Below are positions 12,217 to 23,800 of a stretch of DNA of 64,000 nt, one piece after another; within the stretch, counting starts at the first letter, position 1; every line of letters starts with the position of its first letter. The translations under genes and the position numbers were made by a program. The stretch lies in NCBI GenBank assembly GCA_964188305.1, contig OZ076894.1; one strand, given 5' to 3'. The stretch is from Podarcis bocagei. Taxonomy: Eukaryota. The notes beneath the pieces were generated by a model. That model saw nothing but the letters and a program-made list of their open reading frames with translations. It did no database searches and was not told where the DNA came from.

Positions 12217-12828
12217 CAGTGGCACCTCGGGTTACATACGCTTCAGGTTACATTCGCTTCAGGTTACAGACTCCACTAACCCAGAAATAGTTCCTCGGGT
12301 TAAGAACTTTGCTTCAGGATGAGAACAGAAATCGTGCTCTGGCGGCAGCGGGAGGCCCCATTAGCTAAAGTGGTGCTTCAGGTTAAGAACAATTTCAGGT
12401 TAAGAACGGACCTCCAGAATGAATTACAGTAAGTTCTTAACTGCCAGGGATACTGCCAGGGAGACAAAGTCCATCATGGCCCCAAGCCATCCGATCCATC
12501 GATCTCCCGTAGGCACGCAGTATCAGCAATTAGCGAGATGAGTTTCTAGAAAATATCTTGCCACATTCCAGAGCTCATGCACACTCTATCAGCAGATAAT
12601 GCACAGCAAAAGTCGCACTCAGGAGAGCATTATTTACAAGTTTTATTCAGCGTTGATCAGAACAAAGAAAGACATGACTGCCTGTGTCAGTGTCTCCAGC
12701 ACAGAGAGAGAAAACGAAAGCAAAGACACAACAGAAACATCCTGTGAAAACAGGAAATACGCAGGCTGTGACACAAACATCCTGCTCCCTTTTAAGGTGG
12801 AACGGAAATATCCTAACAGGTACCACTG
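12217..12828. mobile_element. MITE family A interrupted by a solo LTR
   Basis: Left part 12217-12441; right TIR GGTACCACTG|TA resumes at 12819. Confidence 0.75.
12454..12818 (-). mobile_element. Solo LTR (365 bp)
   Basis: TG...CA termini with imperfect IR (TGCCAGG/CCTAACA), 5-bp TSD GATAC/GGTAC, AATAAA on - strand. Confidence 0.6.
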
Positions 12829-13799
12829 TATAGCCACGCAGCAGCAGTAGAAAATACATTTTCAATACTTAGTGCACCTCACCCCTCCTGGAGAAAGAGG
12901 CGTGTGTGTTTACCTGCCGATGAAAAGAGAACAGAATTCTGGCTAGATGCACTGAAGAGGGGGAAGTGTGCAGCTGTTACAGACAAAAGCCCTCCCAGTG
13001 ATCCCTGCACCTCATTTGCAATATTCTCAAGTGTGTCCTTTGCAAACCTTACTGCTAAGCATGCACCGCAGCAGATTCCAGGAGAACACAATGGTGGTGT
13101 AATTAAACATGTGATAAACGGGACTAACAGGTGACCAACGGGACGCAGGACTAAACTGGCCGAGGCCTGAAACACATCCTAAATCCCCTCACTGAGTCAT
13201 AGTTTGCAGTTCCTTTCATCATCATCATCATTTTTAATTTGTATACCGTCTTTCTATCTTACAATACTCAAGGCAGTTTACAAGCTGAAGAAAGAAAGAA
13301 TGTACATTTTATAACAATCTAATGCAATACAAAAAGGGGATAATAAAACATATCTTTAAAATAGGCAACCTACATCAAAAAGTAATATTCAACGATCATT
13401 ATAATAGTATTAAATAGTAATAACATATGAAAGTTAAACAGAAATCCACTCAACAGTTATAATAAATAATTTCTAAACTATAATCAATAAAACAACGGCA
13501 AGTCACAGTGCATAGAATAATACAATAGAAATTGAGAAGCAGAGACTAGAGGTGGAAGGAGGCCTTGTCTGATGGAGTCTCTCCCCTCACAGTTCTTCCT
13601 CCAGGAACAGATCTCTTATGAGGACTCCTAGGGTGGGAGTCGGAATAGGGTTTGAACCTATTGCACACCATTATTAGGGGTGAGGATCACCAAAGCAGGT
13701 TGCCATATTTCAAAAAGTGGAAAACTTGTTGAGGGTTTTTTTGGGGGGGGGGACGTTGTTGGAAATTTCCCCCCCCCAAAAAAAATCTACATTTTCGAC

Positions 13800-14800
13800 A
13801 TGGATTGCCCTACGTCCGACTTTCCCCATCAGGATCCCATCGGGCACTTCCCCTCCAGTCCACAAGGCGGAGCCTCTACCTTCCCGCAGCCCTCTCCCCA
13901 ATTGGTGGCACTTCAGGGGCCGGTCTAGGAATCCGCGACGGCATCTTACGTCGCCGTCGTTGTCGTCATCACAGCGGCTCGTTGCCGGGGCAACAAGCTA
14001 GCTCGAGCGTCGCTCTCCGGGCGGAGGCGGAACCTTTTTTTCACCACAGACGCAGAAATGTGGAGTGACGCGCCACGGCGATTTCAAACCGGGACGCCCG
14101 GTGCCAGGTTTCAGCTAGTTTCCCGCTCTAATTTTTCGACACGAAGTGCGTAAAGGGGAGTCGAAGTTAAGGGAGGCCGAAGGGCAGAGCGGCGGGTCCC
14201 TAGAAAACCGCGGCCGGCGCTAATAGTGGGTTCCACTCTAACCTTTTCCTATCTCTATGGCCTGGTCGCGGCCTCCCGCGTCGGGGTTGCAGTTTCCACC
14301 CGGACGACGGCGCTGAGCGGACCTTCCCAGGGTCAGTGGGTGCTGCCGCCGCCGCCGCCGCTCGGGTTCCCTCATGGCTTTCAACTTCGGGCCAGCCGCC
14401 GGCGCTGCAGCCGCCCCAAACCCTGCGGGTGAGTGCGGGGAAGTTGGGGGGGGCGAGCTCGGGGGGAGGGGCGTGGCCCTGGTCGCCCTGGCAACCGAGA
14501 AGGTAGCGGGGGGGGGCGGGGAAGGGCAGCACCTGTTGAATCCATGGCTGCCTTTCGCGGAGCAGCAGCAGCTTCGGAGGCGCAGGGCGATATCAAGAGA
14601 GGAGGGGTTGGGAGGGAGGAAGTCAGCTTTATTTGTTCCAGCCGTAGGTCAGGACAAGCACGACAACACGCCCAAATGGACGCGAGCGCAAGGAGGACGT
14701 GAAGAAGCAGGGCACAAAATGATGGTGCGCCTTAAGGATGCCTGAATGTCCGCTTGGCGCAGGGTTTTAGAACAGGAAGGGACCCTCGAGGGTCTTCGAG
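13800..14800 (+). promoter_or_regulatory. CpG island / NUP54 promoter and exon 1
   Basis: High GC and CpG density around the ATG at 14374; (GCC)n in the 5' UTR; TTTCCCGC at 14119-14126; TTCAAA (reverse CHR) at 14083-14088. Confidence 0.85.
14374..14428 (+). CDS. NUP54: NUP54 exon 1 (coding part)
   Basis: ATG GCT TTC AAC TTC GGG...GCG G|gtgagt. Confidence 0.95.
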
Positions 14801-17800
14801 ACCAAACCCCTGCAGTGCAAGTGTGTGTGTAGAGAACCACCACCCCACACAAAAGAGGCACTTATTATTAATAATAATAATATCACAGGGTCCGTATAAA
14901 AATGTGTGGGAAAATGATTGCTTGTACATAAGAGCATGAGCAGAGTTTTTATTATTGCAGAGTGATTTTACAGCACGAGATATTGTTAAGAGCATGATGA
15001 GCACGTGAACACCTCATGCTAGACTAATGATTGGCTCACGTAGCATAACACTCTCTTTGTCTGTGGGCAAGGGCAAGGTTGCATTCCTTTGATTTGTTAC
15101 TTTTGGGTACGGGGCAGAACAAACGCTGTGCTGGAGGAGAAAGGATGAATTATTTTCACTGTGCACAATAAACATTGCACGGCAAAAGCCAAAGCTTTTT
15201 CTTCAAGTCATCTTGGTGTGAGACTGATTTTCTTACTGATGTCGAGCTGGTTCTCGACAAAAATGTAGCTATATATATCCCAAAGGAGGACCCCCACACA
15301 CACACAGAGAAAAGAGGCACTTATTATTATTATTATTCATTAATATCACAGGGTCCGTATAAAAATGTAGCTATATATATATATCCCAAAGGAGGACCCC
15401 CACACAGAGAGAGAAAAGAGGCACTTATTATTATTATTATTCATTAATATCACAGGGTCTATGTATAAATGTAACTATATATATCCCAAAGGAGCACACC
15501 CTCCCACACACAAAAGAGGCACTTATTATTATTATTCATTAATATCACAGGGTGGTTGTAGAGAAAGGCCAAGGGGCTGCAAAGTGTGGCTCTCCCAGTG
15601 CCACACTTCTGTTCCCATCCATTAGCAAAACTAGGTCTCTGGCTACTGCCAGTCCCATGTTGCAGAGCCCCACAAATAAACATAATTAGTGCTAATTCCT
15701 CCAAAATACATAGGGTTGTAGAGTCCTGTGGCTTGGCTTTTGAAAAACAGGAGGTCCACAGTACTTAGCAAATTGAGAACTGCTGTGCTAGCCTGTTGTT
15801 GTCTGCCTTGTACTGGAAAGAGTATGTGTTTGTCTAGTATATGGCTGGCAGGCTGCATTTGACTTGGGAATTCACAAATTGCATGTTGATATGGACTGTT
15901 GTGATAATGTATGTGAAGCACTTTGAACAAAAATCCATGTCTAAATGCAAAGTATTCATATTAATCAGCATGGGGAGAGTGTAATTCTAATACGGAGGTT
16001 TGGGGAAGGGAACCACTATCAAGTTTGTTAACGGTGCTTTACTTGGTCATTCATATCTACAAAATGTTAAGCCTAAGTGTACTGCTCAGCTCATTACTTC
16101 TAAACCCTTCAAAACGTAGACCATTCAAAACACCCTGCTCTCATACTGAGGAGGAATTTTTATTTGCATGTTTTTGGTGCAGAACTAATATTTGGCAGTG
16201 AAAACTTCATTTGTCCTATAACAGCAGAGAAACGCTATTGTACTTTTTCTTGCTATGGACTGATGTTTCTTCTCCCCCGTTCTTTGAAATTTCTCATTTT
16301 TGCTAATCAGAAATGGTTTTACTGCTTACATGTTTTGTTTCTCACTAATACTTCCTTGCTTTCTTTTCTGCTTCCCACTCATCAGGATTTGGTGGGCTTG
16401 AAACAGCAAACTCCACTGCCAGCGGGTTTAATTTTGGGGGTTTTGGATTAACTGCTAATCCTGCAGTGAATTTTAATATTGGGAATTTTGGTGTGTCTAC
16501 TACCTCGGCTCCACCATTCAATTTTGGTAACAGTCTGGCCAGTGCAGGTAGAGAATGCACACAAGTGGTGTTTGTAATTGCATTGTTGCTGGGAAGGGTC
16601 CAAGAATTTGCTTCAGGCCCCTGGGGTCTAAACTCATTTATGTGGCATTGTTCCACTAAACTCCATTGAAGGCCTCTTTCAGTGTTTAAGGACTGGAGTA
16701 GAAGCAGAATACCTCTTTTGCTTTTATTCTTGTAGCTTTTAAAATAACGTTTGCATCGGACTGCTTAAATGTGTGACTGAAATGCCTAATTTTTCAAAGC
16801 TGTTTTATCACTGAAGTAGCTGCAAAGAGAGACTGCTCTGATCCAGCAGTTGCTTATGGGAACATAAAGCTTCACAGAAGGATGCAGTCTATGCGTTCGT
16901 TAAAGAAATGATTGATCAGGTCCCTCCATTCAATAAATGAGGAAGTCTGCACCGTCAGGAAATCCATGTGAGAGGCAATACATACGGAACACAGCATTGT
17001 GGGACTACTAGCTACTTGCTGTGATGTAAAGTGTGAAGGGGAGACAACCTCTCCAAACATGGGATGAATTCATGGCAAATCATTCCTCCATAGTACACAT
17101 CCACCATGTTTGTGCCCTATCAGCTTGGGAGGGTGTTGAATTCTCAGTTTCCTTTCACAATTTTCCCGTTTACTGTGTGCCTATGAAACGGTGTAATGTG
17201 TGAATTAGCCTTGAATCCATGTGGATCTAGATTGGCTCATTTTCATTGGGGGGAAAACCATTTTAATGACTCAGAGTGCCTTAGCAGGCCAAATTTGTCA
17301 TGTGCATTCTGCAAACAGGGATATAAAATTATGATCCCTTGGTAATAAAGTTGAATAACTTTGAAAAGGTATTTTTCTGTATCTCAAATTCTTGGACCCT
17401 ACTGCATTTATGTTTTTCCCCTTTCCTCCGTCTCTTCATTGGATTTCAGTCATCACGAACTCACCACACTTTTATCAAGGCTTAATGGAGAAGCAAATTT
17501 TATACGATCAGCTAAAAAAAATCAGCAATCCTAACTTTTGGTCTTTGAGAAATATGCTGGCTTTGACAAAAAGATTCTGACTTTTAAACATTTTCAACTA
17601 TTTACCGTCTGTAGAACAAGTTGATAATTCAACTAGCTGATTTTGAACAGCCAGGCATCGATCCATCTTTGTACCTGAATGTGCCTGACATTAATATTCA
17701 GTATTCTAATATTCAGTATTTCTAATGCGCTCATTTAGTGTTAACCTTCAGTTCTTGTGGCTGTTCGTATAGGAAATTATATCATTCCATTTGTACCTGA

Positions 17801-20800
17801 ATGTGCCTGACATTAATATTCAGTATTCTAATATTCAGTATTTCTAATGCGCTCATTTAGTGTTAACCTTCAGTTCTTGTGGCTGTTCGTATAGGAAATT
17901 ATATCATTCCATAGTCCTATCATTTCTGTACTGTAGTATGCAACAGTTTCAATTATTTGTATAGTGTAACTCTCATCTCAGCTGTTAAAAGAAACCATTT
18001 GTTCACCCCAGTGACGTTGTTTGCTTTGTGATTGGTCTGAATGGCTTTCACAATGTGAGTCTCTCGCACCTCTACCCACCGCATACAAATGCATTCACAC
18101 TTCCAATCAGTTTTAAAATTCTTCTTGGAAAATTTCTGTGCAAGGAAGGACACGAGAAAGAGCTCACCACTGAGCTACGATTGTTACTAGTATTACACTA
18201 AAATACTGTAATTGTTTTAAGATGGCAGCTATAACTGAACTTTAATCTTTTGAGTGCAGACAGGGATCACAAATTCTAATGCATTTATAAAAACTTGGTT
18301 TCACACTAGTATTTATTTATTTATCTGTTTATTTATTCTTTTGTTTAATACATTTACAATCCTGCACTTTCATCCAAAGGAGCCCAGGGCAGCACTGATT
18401 TCAGTGGGGCTAAAGCACAACTTAGTCTTTGGGTCCATCCCCCAATTTTATGACTGTATAGGTTTTGAGTGCTTCAGGACAGGTTCAACCAGTGCATCTT
18501 TCACCCAAAAAGTTCAGTCAGGAACAGTGCTGGTTGGTGCTTGGTCAAGGAGAAGAGCAGGGTCCATATAGGCAGCACAGCAGTTGCAGGGCCAATGTGT
18601 CAATGGCAGGCTGGAACCCTTCTTCTGATTGAAACCTATTCTGGGAGCTCCAGCAAAGCCATTTAATCAACTCTGTTGTGCCTGTTTAGCACAAAGAAAG
18701 GCATGCAAAGAGTGCTGGGAGCAGCTGGTTTCTACAATGCAAGGAAAATTCAGAAGACATATTTATGCCCACATAAGGAGCACTGATGTTCTGGAGTAGT
18801 TTAAAGCAGAGGCACTGCATTGATTAGGTTGTTTTTTAAAAAAAGAATTTATATGTGTTTTCCTTCAAGTAACAGGATAGGCTTTCCAAAAAATAACAAC
18901 AAAAATGTGCAACTGATATGATTTCCCAAAAGATGAAAGCGTGTTAGCTACTTTAGTGTTAGCCCCTTCTCTGCAATCGCTTCGGCTTTAAACGAGGGCA
19001 ACGCATACGAGTTGTTTCCTCATCAGCATTCATTTGTCACCATCTCCCTTCCTAAAAAAAACCCTACCGGCATGTGATCGTCAAAACTGTGGCCTCGTAA
19101 AAGGCTTCCGGGCTTCTTCTTCTTTTGACTTGTTCATTTTGGTTTCCTAGGGGCCTTTGGAGGATTTGGGACGGCAAACACCACAGCTGGATCTACGTTC
19201 AGCTTCTCGGCACCTACCAACACCGGGGCTGGTGGTAAGAGCGCATGAATTGCACTGCACATGTCTTTCCAGTTAAAGCATTGCAGGAGCTTAGCATGAC
19301 CTTATTCACACTGTGTTGTCCCGCTTTTCTTCTTTCAAGGGTTGTTTAGTGCTACCCAGAACAAGGGTTTTGGATTTGGTACTGGCTTCGGGACAGGTAC
19401 CGGCCTTGGCACAGGTTTGGGAACTGGTTTGGGATTTGGAGCCTTCAGCACCCAGCAGCAGCAGCAGCAACCAAGTAAGTACCCTAAGGCTAAATAGTGC
19501 CAGGGGTTTTACCTAACCTCTTTATGTCATATTGGAGTTCCTTCTTTCCTCTCTTCCTTTCTCCCTCCCATCAGACATCTGGGTGACAGCCTGTTGGGCA
19601 AAAGAAGTGGACTTTATGAACTGTATTCTGGTTGGGTGTTTCAGGCGTCTGCTGTAGCTATTATTTTTGTCAGGCATCCACATATCTGCCTGAAGGAGAT
19701 AGGATCTGCCTGTGTGATGCCCACCTGGTGGAAACTCTAGCTCACATGGCCCTTAAATGTAAAATGAATGATTATCTCCACCAACAATTTCTGGACCATC
19801 TATGTATTCCAACATGGAAACCAGAGACAGAGGTTATACGCTTCTTATTACAGGGGAGAGACCAGAAGCATACCAAGACAGTAGCTAAGTTCCTCTATTT
19901 GATTTTTTGTCACCGAAGTATGCTACAGGATCCTGCCCTTGCTGGAGACCCACAGAGATGAAATAGATTGCTCTCCTCTTCTTCCCTTTGGCAAATGACT
20001 GTACTGTTGAAATGGCGACGAGATCGCACTGGCCTATTTATTCTGAATGTTTGTATGTGATGCAAATAAAGGTTTGACGATGGTGATGATGATATATCTG
20101 CCTAAATTGCAAAAAATATAATAGTGATAAGCTCAGAAAATATGTAAACCCTTGGTCAGCATCTTATTTTACAAAGGGGCTACTTTGAGGAGAGGCTAGT
20201 GGGCTAGCCTTGCGTGGTTGGATTTCATTTGCCATCTATCTTCCCATCTCATTTTAGCCCTAGGAAGCCTCTTCAGTCAGCCTGCTCAAGCCCCTGCCCA
20301 GTCTAACCAGCTAATAAACACAGCAAGTGCCCTTTCTGCACCCACACTGTTGGGAGATGAGCGAGATGCCATTTTGGCCAAGTGGAACCAGCTGCAGGCA
20401 TTTTGGGGCACAGGCAAAGGATATTTCAACAACAGCATTGCCCCAGTGGAGTTCTCACAGGAAAACCCCTTCTGCAGGTTTAAGGTATGATTGGTTTTTC
20501 TGAAGACCACCTTCTTGGAAACAGTTGGTTGGCTATCTAGCCTTAATTGCTGCTAGACATTTAGAGTTGATTTCCTTCGCTACATTTCACGGAGTTGTAG
20601 AATCGTAGCTTTCATGTCTTTGTGGTGCAGTGTTTCTGCAGCAAAAAGTTTGGGTATCTTTTCGTTGGCTGAAAAGGCTGCTGTCCTTTCACAGGCTGTT
20701 GGCTATAGCTGCATGTCCAACAACAAGGATGAAGATGGCTTGGTAGCACTGGTCTTCAACAAGAAGGAAGCAGAAATTCGAAGCCAGCAGCAGCAGCTTG

Positions 20801-23800
20801 TGGAATCTGTGCACAAAATCTTAGGTTCAAACCAGACTCTCACAGTCAACGTGGAAGGTGTGAAGACCATGCCAGATGATCAGTAAGTAAATTGCATGGT
20901 GCATGTGTGTCCCTTCCTGGCAAGAAAAGGCCTCTTCATGCCCAAGGAGAGTAACATGCTTGATGCAGGGATGGCTAACAGGTGTAGGCAGACCCATTTC
21001 ACCTTGCCTCCTTTGCTCCTCTCTGTGCCAGGTTGGGCAGAGGTGCTTCCTCTTATCTGGAAGACATCCCTCTCAGGAGCAGGTGAAGGCACCCCAGAGG
21101 CTTCTCATTTGGAGGTCCATGTACAGAGTGTCCCATCCAAGTTGCTGATGGGTGGAAATTGGTGCCATAGCAAGCTCCATACATACATTGGATGAAGAGC
21201 CCAGCCAGGCAGATAATAATTGGAGGAAGCTGGCCAGACCATCTCAGTTGGTTAGAGCATGGTGCTGATAAGGGGAAGGTTGCAGGTTCGATCCCCATAT
21301 GGGACAGCTGCATGTCCCTGCGTTGAAGGGGGTTGGACCAGATGATCCTCAGGGTCCCTTGCAATTCTATGATGCTATGAATACATTTGGTTTTTTGAGC
21401 TCAATCTTGAGTGTAACAACAGTAAATCCTTTTAAAATGTGTAAAATATAAGTGTTTGTATTGGCTCTTTTAGGACTGAAGTAGTCATCTATGTTGTTGA
21501 ACGATCTCCAAATGGGACTTCCAGGCGAGTCCCATCTACCACTCTGTATGCACACTTTGAACAAGCAAATGTCAAAAACCAGCTGCAGCAGCTTGGAGTC
21601 ACCCTCATCATGGCCAGGACAGAGCTTTCTCCAGCGCAGGTCAAGCAGCTGCTACAGAGTCCTCCTGCAGGTAACCTGTACTGCAGCCAAGTGCTTTGGT
21701 TAGATCAGGCTTCCTCAACCTTGGCCCTCCAGATGTTTTTGGCCTACAACTCCCATGATTCCTAGCTAGCAGGACCAGTGGTCAGGGATGATGGGAACTG
21801 TAGTCTCGAAACATCTGGAGGGCCGAGGTTAGATGATGGAGGAGCATGTCCTGCTGTAATACAAGCTGAAAGAATTCTGCTGTTCTTTAAAAATAAGTGT
21901 TTGGCCAGCCATTTAAGGGGTTTGCTTTAGATATGGGATGTATTTTAATTGGACTTGGCTTGTAGATACAATCTGGAAAGAGACCTAAAGGACAAGTAAA
22001 TAATCTTCTAACTCATTGTGCGGTAGATCAGCGGTGGGTTGTTGTTTTCCTTTTCCCTCTTGAGACAAAACAGCAGGACAGAAGCAGAAAGAGGTACTTG
22101 GAGCAGTAATTAATGCTTCTTTAGGGGGTGGGTTCTCACAAGAGAAAAATTCACCAAATTAATTGGAAATGGGATATGCAGAGAATATCTGAAGTGTGTT
22201 AAAATTGTCACTTTTGAAATGTAGTTCGCCTGTTTTTTGGGGGGGAGGGGGGCTATGAGTTATACATGTGTTAAATCTGGGTGTTTTTAGCAAGATAAAT
22301 CTTACCTCCAACTGATCCTATTAAACAATGGCTGAGGCTCAATGACTCGATATTGTCCTCAGTGACTTACCTTGTTTTTCCTTTTCCAGGAGTTGATCCA
22401 ATCATTTGGGAACAGGCCAAAGTTGACAACCCAGATCCTGAAAAGTAAGTCTGGTGGTTTCCAAGGTGGTTTTTGCATTGCTTGGATAATTTGAAATGGG
22501 AATTATGTGTCTTTCTGAGAACAGAATGGGCAAAATGAGCACCCTGGCGATCACAGCTCCCAAGAGCAATAGCTGGAAAATAGTCATAACGCCACACTGA
22601 AATCTACATGGCTTTCAGTTAGCAGGTGCATGCAAGACTGAACCATCACAAGAATGCATGTGGGGAAATGCATGCTTGTGTCCCTGTGTTAAAATCTTGC
22701 TTTGTTACTACCACATTGGGGAGAAGCTACGCTAAATTTGCAGGTTGAAGAACGTTTTAGATGTTGGTGCATATTCAGGCATGCTATCTCTTACACGTAC
22801 TCTTAAGAGCTTCTTGGGACGTCAGACCCAACAGTCTTCAGTGGAATCTGTTAAGACTTCCAGCTGCTGGCAACAGAGTTAGCACAACCAAGGGTGTGTG
22901 TGCATGTGTTTGAACCAGATTCATGGTAATTTACCAGAGACAAAAACCACCATCCTTTCCCCTTAAAGGGATGGTGAGGCCTCCTGACTCCCTAGTTAGA
23001 GTGCCTTGTTTGCTCCTATAGCCTAATCATTTCTATGTGTTGCCTAATTTCTACCACCTCAATGCTCTTACTTCTCTAGGCTGATTCCAGTGCCGATGGT
23101 TGGTTTCAAAGAACTGTTGAGGAGGTTGAAAGTCCAAGACCAAATGACGAAGCAGCATCAAACCAGATTAGATGTGAGCACCAGCTTCTGAATACCACTG
23201 TTGTGATTATTTGTGGCTGACAATGGATGCTCTAAGAGTCTAGTTGCCTTTTGCTTTGTAAATCCTGTGTTCCAGGTGCCAGAAACTTAATACCATAAAG
23301 TACTCCGGACTCTCAGGGCCAGGGATTGGTAGCTTGCTCCACCTAGGCTGGGGTTAGCAATTTCCAAGTCTGTTGTAAAGAGCGTGGAAGATGCCAAACT
23401 TGAGGAGTCAAGATGCATAGCACGTTTTACAATATTTCCACTGAGCTTCTACTGCTTGTGTGTTCCAGGAGCACAAATCAACCCAGTCTCTTCACTTTCA
23501 CCAGGAGCTACACTTGAGATGCTCAAAGTGAAGTCTTACATCCCTATTTTATTTTTCTAATTTATAGCTTTATTAGAACAATACATACATTTTACAAAAC
23601 CAAAACCAAACAAAACAAAACACAACAAACAACATCACACTCTCTTGACTTCCATTCACCCCCTTGCGTTATCTAAACTTCATTTTCTACTTCACACTTT
23701 TATATTTCCTCTTTCTAAATATTTAAAATTACTTTATTTGGTCCTCTGTTGTCTTGCAAGATTCAGTCCAGACCCGTCAAAGTATTTAGATTTTTACAGT

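Noticed and set aside
14429-14745. Continuation of the 123-aa ORF from the NUP54 ATG and overlapping GC-rich ORFs
   Set aside because: Read-through past the exon 1 donor in a stop-poor CpG island.
15259-15553. Repeat-spacer appearance suggestive of CRISPR
   Set aside because: Vertebrate intron; the units are degenerate tandem copies without unique spacers or cas genes.
21229-21305. tRNA-like A/B boxes
   Set aside because: Head of a Squam3-like SINE.
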